A stretch of DNA of 63,808 nucleotides, counting the filler, from Thraustochytrium aureum (lineage: Eukaryota): assembly GCA_012862495.1 (NCBI GenBank). It is 6 parts of 3 records of this genome, joined end to end, with 100 filler letters (N's around TTAATTAATTAA, not from the genome) between each part and the next. Parts side by side here need not be neighbours in the genome. Positions count along the whole stretch, not along the records: positions 57,284 to 63,808 come from BLSG01000296.1; 5 more parts are not named here. The stretch is one strand, 5' to 3'. This document shows, one piece after another, positions 62,148-63,808 of the stretch. Each line of letters opens with the position of its first letter. The first letter of the stretch is position 1. The notes beneath the pieces are model-generated. The model saw only the letters and a program-made list of their open reading frames with translations. It was not told the DNA's origin and did no database searches. Both the position numbers and the translations under genes were made by a program.

Positions 62148-63808
62148 CTCGACGCTCGCCGACAGCGCGCACTGTGCTGCGCGACGGCTTCGTAGCGTGA
62201 CCTTGAACTCCGCTTCGGCAAGTTTCGCGCGCCTTTGCGACAAGCCGCGCCAGCTCTACGTGTATGCGAAAAGGTGTACACCAGCAACCGCACATGCGTT
62301 GCGTGTCTGCTCCCGAGTCTGCCTCTGATTCTGCGCCGATGCCTGCTGCTTTGATGTCCCAAGGTGAGCCAGGTGAGTCAGCTTGTCGAACCAGGCATGA
62401 GCAGATAAAGTTGTTTCGTTGTTTCTTGCTCGCAGAGAGAAACGGTTGTGCTGACAGAGCGTCATGCGGGTCCGTCCATCTGTCGCATCCCGAAGAGTGC
62501 AAAAGGCCCCTTTCCTCTTCCTTTCAACCTGCTGGCTATCCGCTGGCCGCTCTGCAGGCCAAGCGCTTGCTTGCTCGGAATAAACAGGATGNNNNNNNNN
62601 NNNNNNNNNNNNNNNNNNNNNNNNNNNNNNNNNNNNNNNNNNNNNNNNNNNNNNNNNNNNNNNNNNNNNNNNNNNNNNNNNNNNNNNNNNNNNNNNNNNN
62701 NNNNNNNNNNNNNNNNGCTTGCTCGGAATAAACAGGATGAAGGGAGCCTTTCGCCCGTTTCTTGTTGTGCAGAGGGACTCGGGCTGGATGTCTCGTTTCC
62801 CAACGGTACCAACGGTACTGACCAAAGGAAGGCCTGAATTGTGAACGCGCGTGACGAACCTGCATGCACGCCGCTTGGCGTTGGCCTGCCAACGGTATAC
62901 TCCAAGGCTAGCTTCTTGCTCGAGCGGAAAGAATGCCGCCGCTCCAGGGCCACGCACTCGCAAGCCAGGAGAAACCGCTGCGTCAACTCAGGTCGACGCA
63001 CAAGACTGCCTCCCTCCTCGCGTGAGGTGGGTGGAGGAGGATGTCGCGCCAGAATTTGTCACGAAACTGGAGTTTGCTCTTCTCTACTCGTGCACGGTTG
63101 CGCCGTACACGAAGTGGACCTCATTGCGTCCGCCTCAGAGCATTCACATTTTCAACTGCACGAGTGCGGGGTGGGGGGTCTGTCTCAACGGTAACAAGCG
63201 AGAGAGTTGCGCGTCGGTTGATTTTCGTTGGTTGAGGAACGCCACGAGGGCTCCGCAGCAAGACCGCTGAGAGGTCAGCCAAAACCAGCAAGCTGAATCG
63301 CTGCTTCGAGATCGAGGAGGCGGAACAAGAAACTAAATTCACTATTTTCCTGTCTCCACACACTCGCCTTGGTAGATTACACAAGCAGAATCCTGCTGCC
63401 AGTGGTCGAAATGCGTTGGCCTCGGGGCAACGCGCCGGGGCTCGCGTTTGCGCTACTCCTTTTTGCTCGGACGTTTCATGGGAAGGCCACCATTCGCCAG
63501 GGTCTAGTAGGCCAACTACAGACCTTGGTTGTGGCCTGGAGGCACTTTATAGCGCAGTTGCTGTCATCCCGTCTTTGGCTGCCCATGGACAAATCTTACC
63601 GCAGTTGCTCGCCTTCGTGGCGCAGCGAGACGTTCCTGTTGGTGCTGCCTGACCTACGTAGAGCAACACCCCAACCACATGGAGTCCATCGAGTTTCGCA
63701 TCGACCGAATACCTTTGCTTCACAATTGGCTTCTGGTCTGCACGGGGCCGGCCTAGGTCCTCTCCAGCGAGCCGCCTCCGTGGCGCAGCGAGATGTAATC
63801 CTAGATTT

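Noticed and set aside
59496..62195. 899-aa plus-strand ORF, and similar long antisense ORFs over the H+-ATPase
   Set aside because: Antisense shadows of GC3-biased genes; no motifs of their own
62566..62738. Direct repeat GCTTGCTCGGAATAAACAGGATG flanking a gap (likewise AATAGATCCGTG at ~47295 and ~47447) as target-site duplications
   Set aside because: Both copies sit exactly at gap edges, typical of unmerged contig overlap or a collapsed tandem repeat

Overview
GC-rich, gene-dense eukaryotic nuclear DNA from a gapped draft assembly. Short GT-AG introns with CTAAC/CTGAC branch sites and the gene content suggest a unicellular protist; a stramenopile such as a thraustochytrid is my inference, not shown. 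The window is six scaffold pieces joined by artificial 100-nt N44-TTAATTAATTAA-N44 linkers, with many internal N gaps, so adjacency across linkers is not biological evidence. Recognisable genes: a MARCH-type RING-CH ligase, a WBP4-like U1 zinc-finger protein, a calcineurin-B-like EF-hand protein, a SANT/Myb-MINDY deubiquitinase, ARL1, a tandem-MIT protein, a P3A H+-ATPase, two paralogous TmcB-like PAS/multi-TM proteins, an intron-containing tRNA-Arg(UCG), MED21, a secreted Cys-rich/PT-stalk sulfatase, a histidine acid phosphatase, VPS8, the APC1 5' end, a Rac/Rho GTPase, SPC25 and a PARP-like fragment. The standout is an apparent single polypeptide on the minus strand (62147-57838): signal peptide, animal heme peroxidase, DOMON, cytochrome b561, cytochrome b5, and an FAD/NAD(P)H cytochrome-b5-reductase module. 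This would be a self-contained transmembrane electron wire coupled to a peroxidase, analogous to DUOX but built from different parts. Several genes carry single frameshifts that are most likely sequencing errors.
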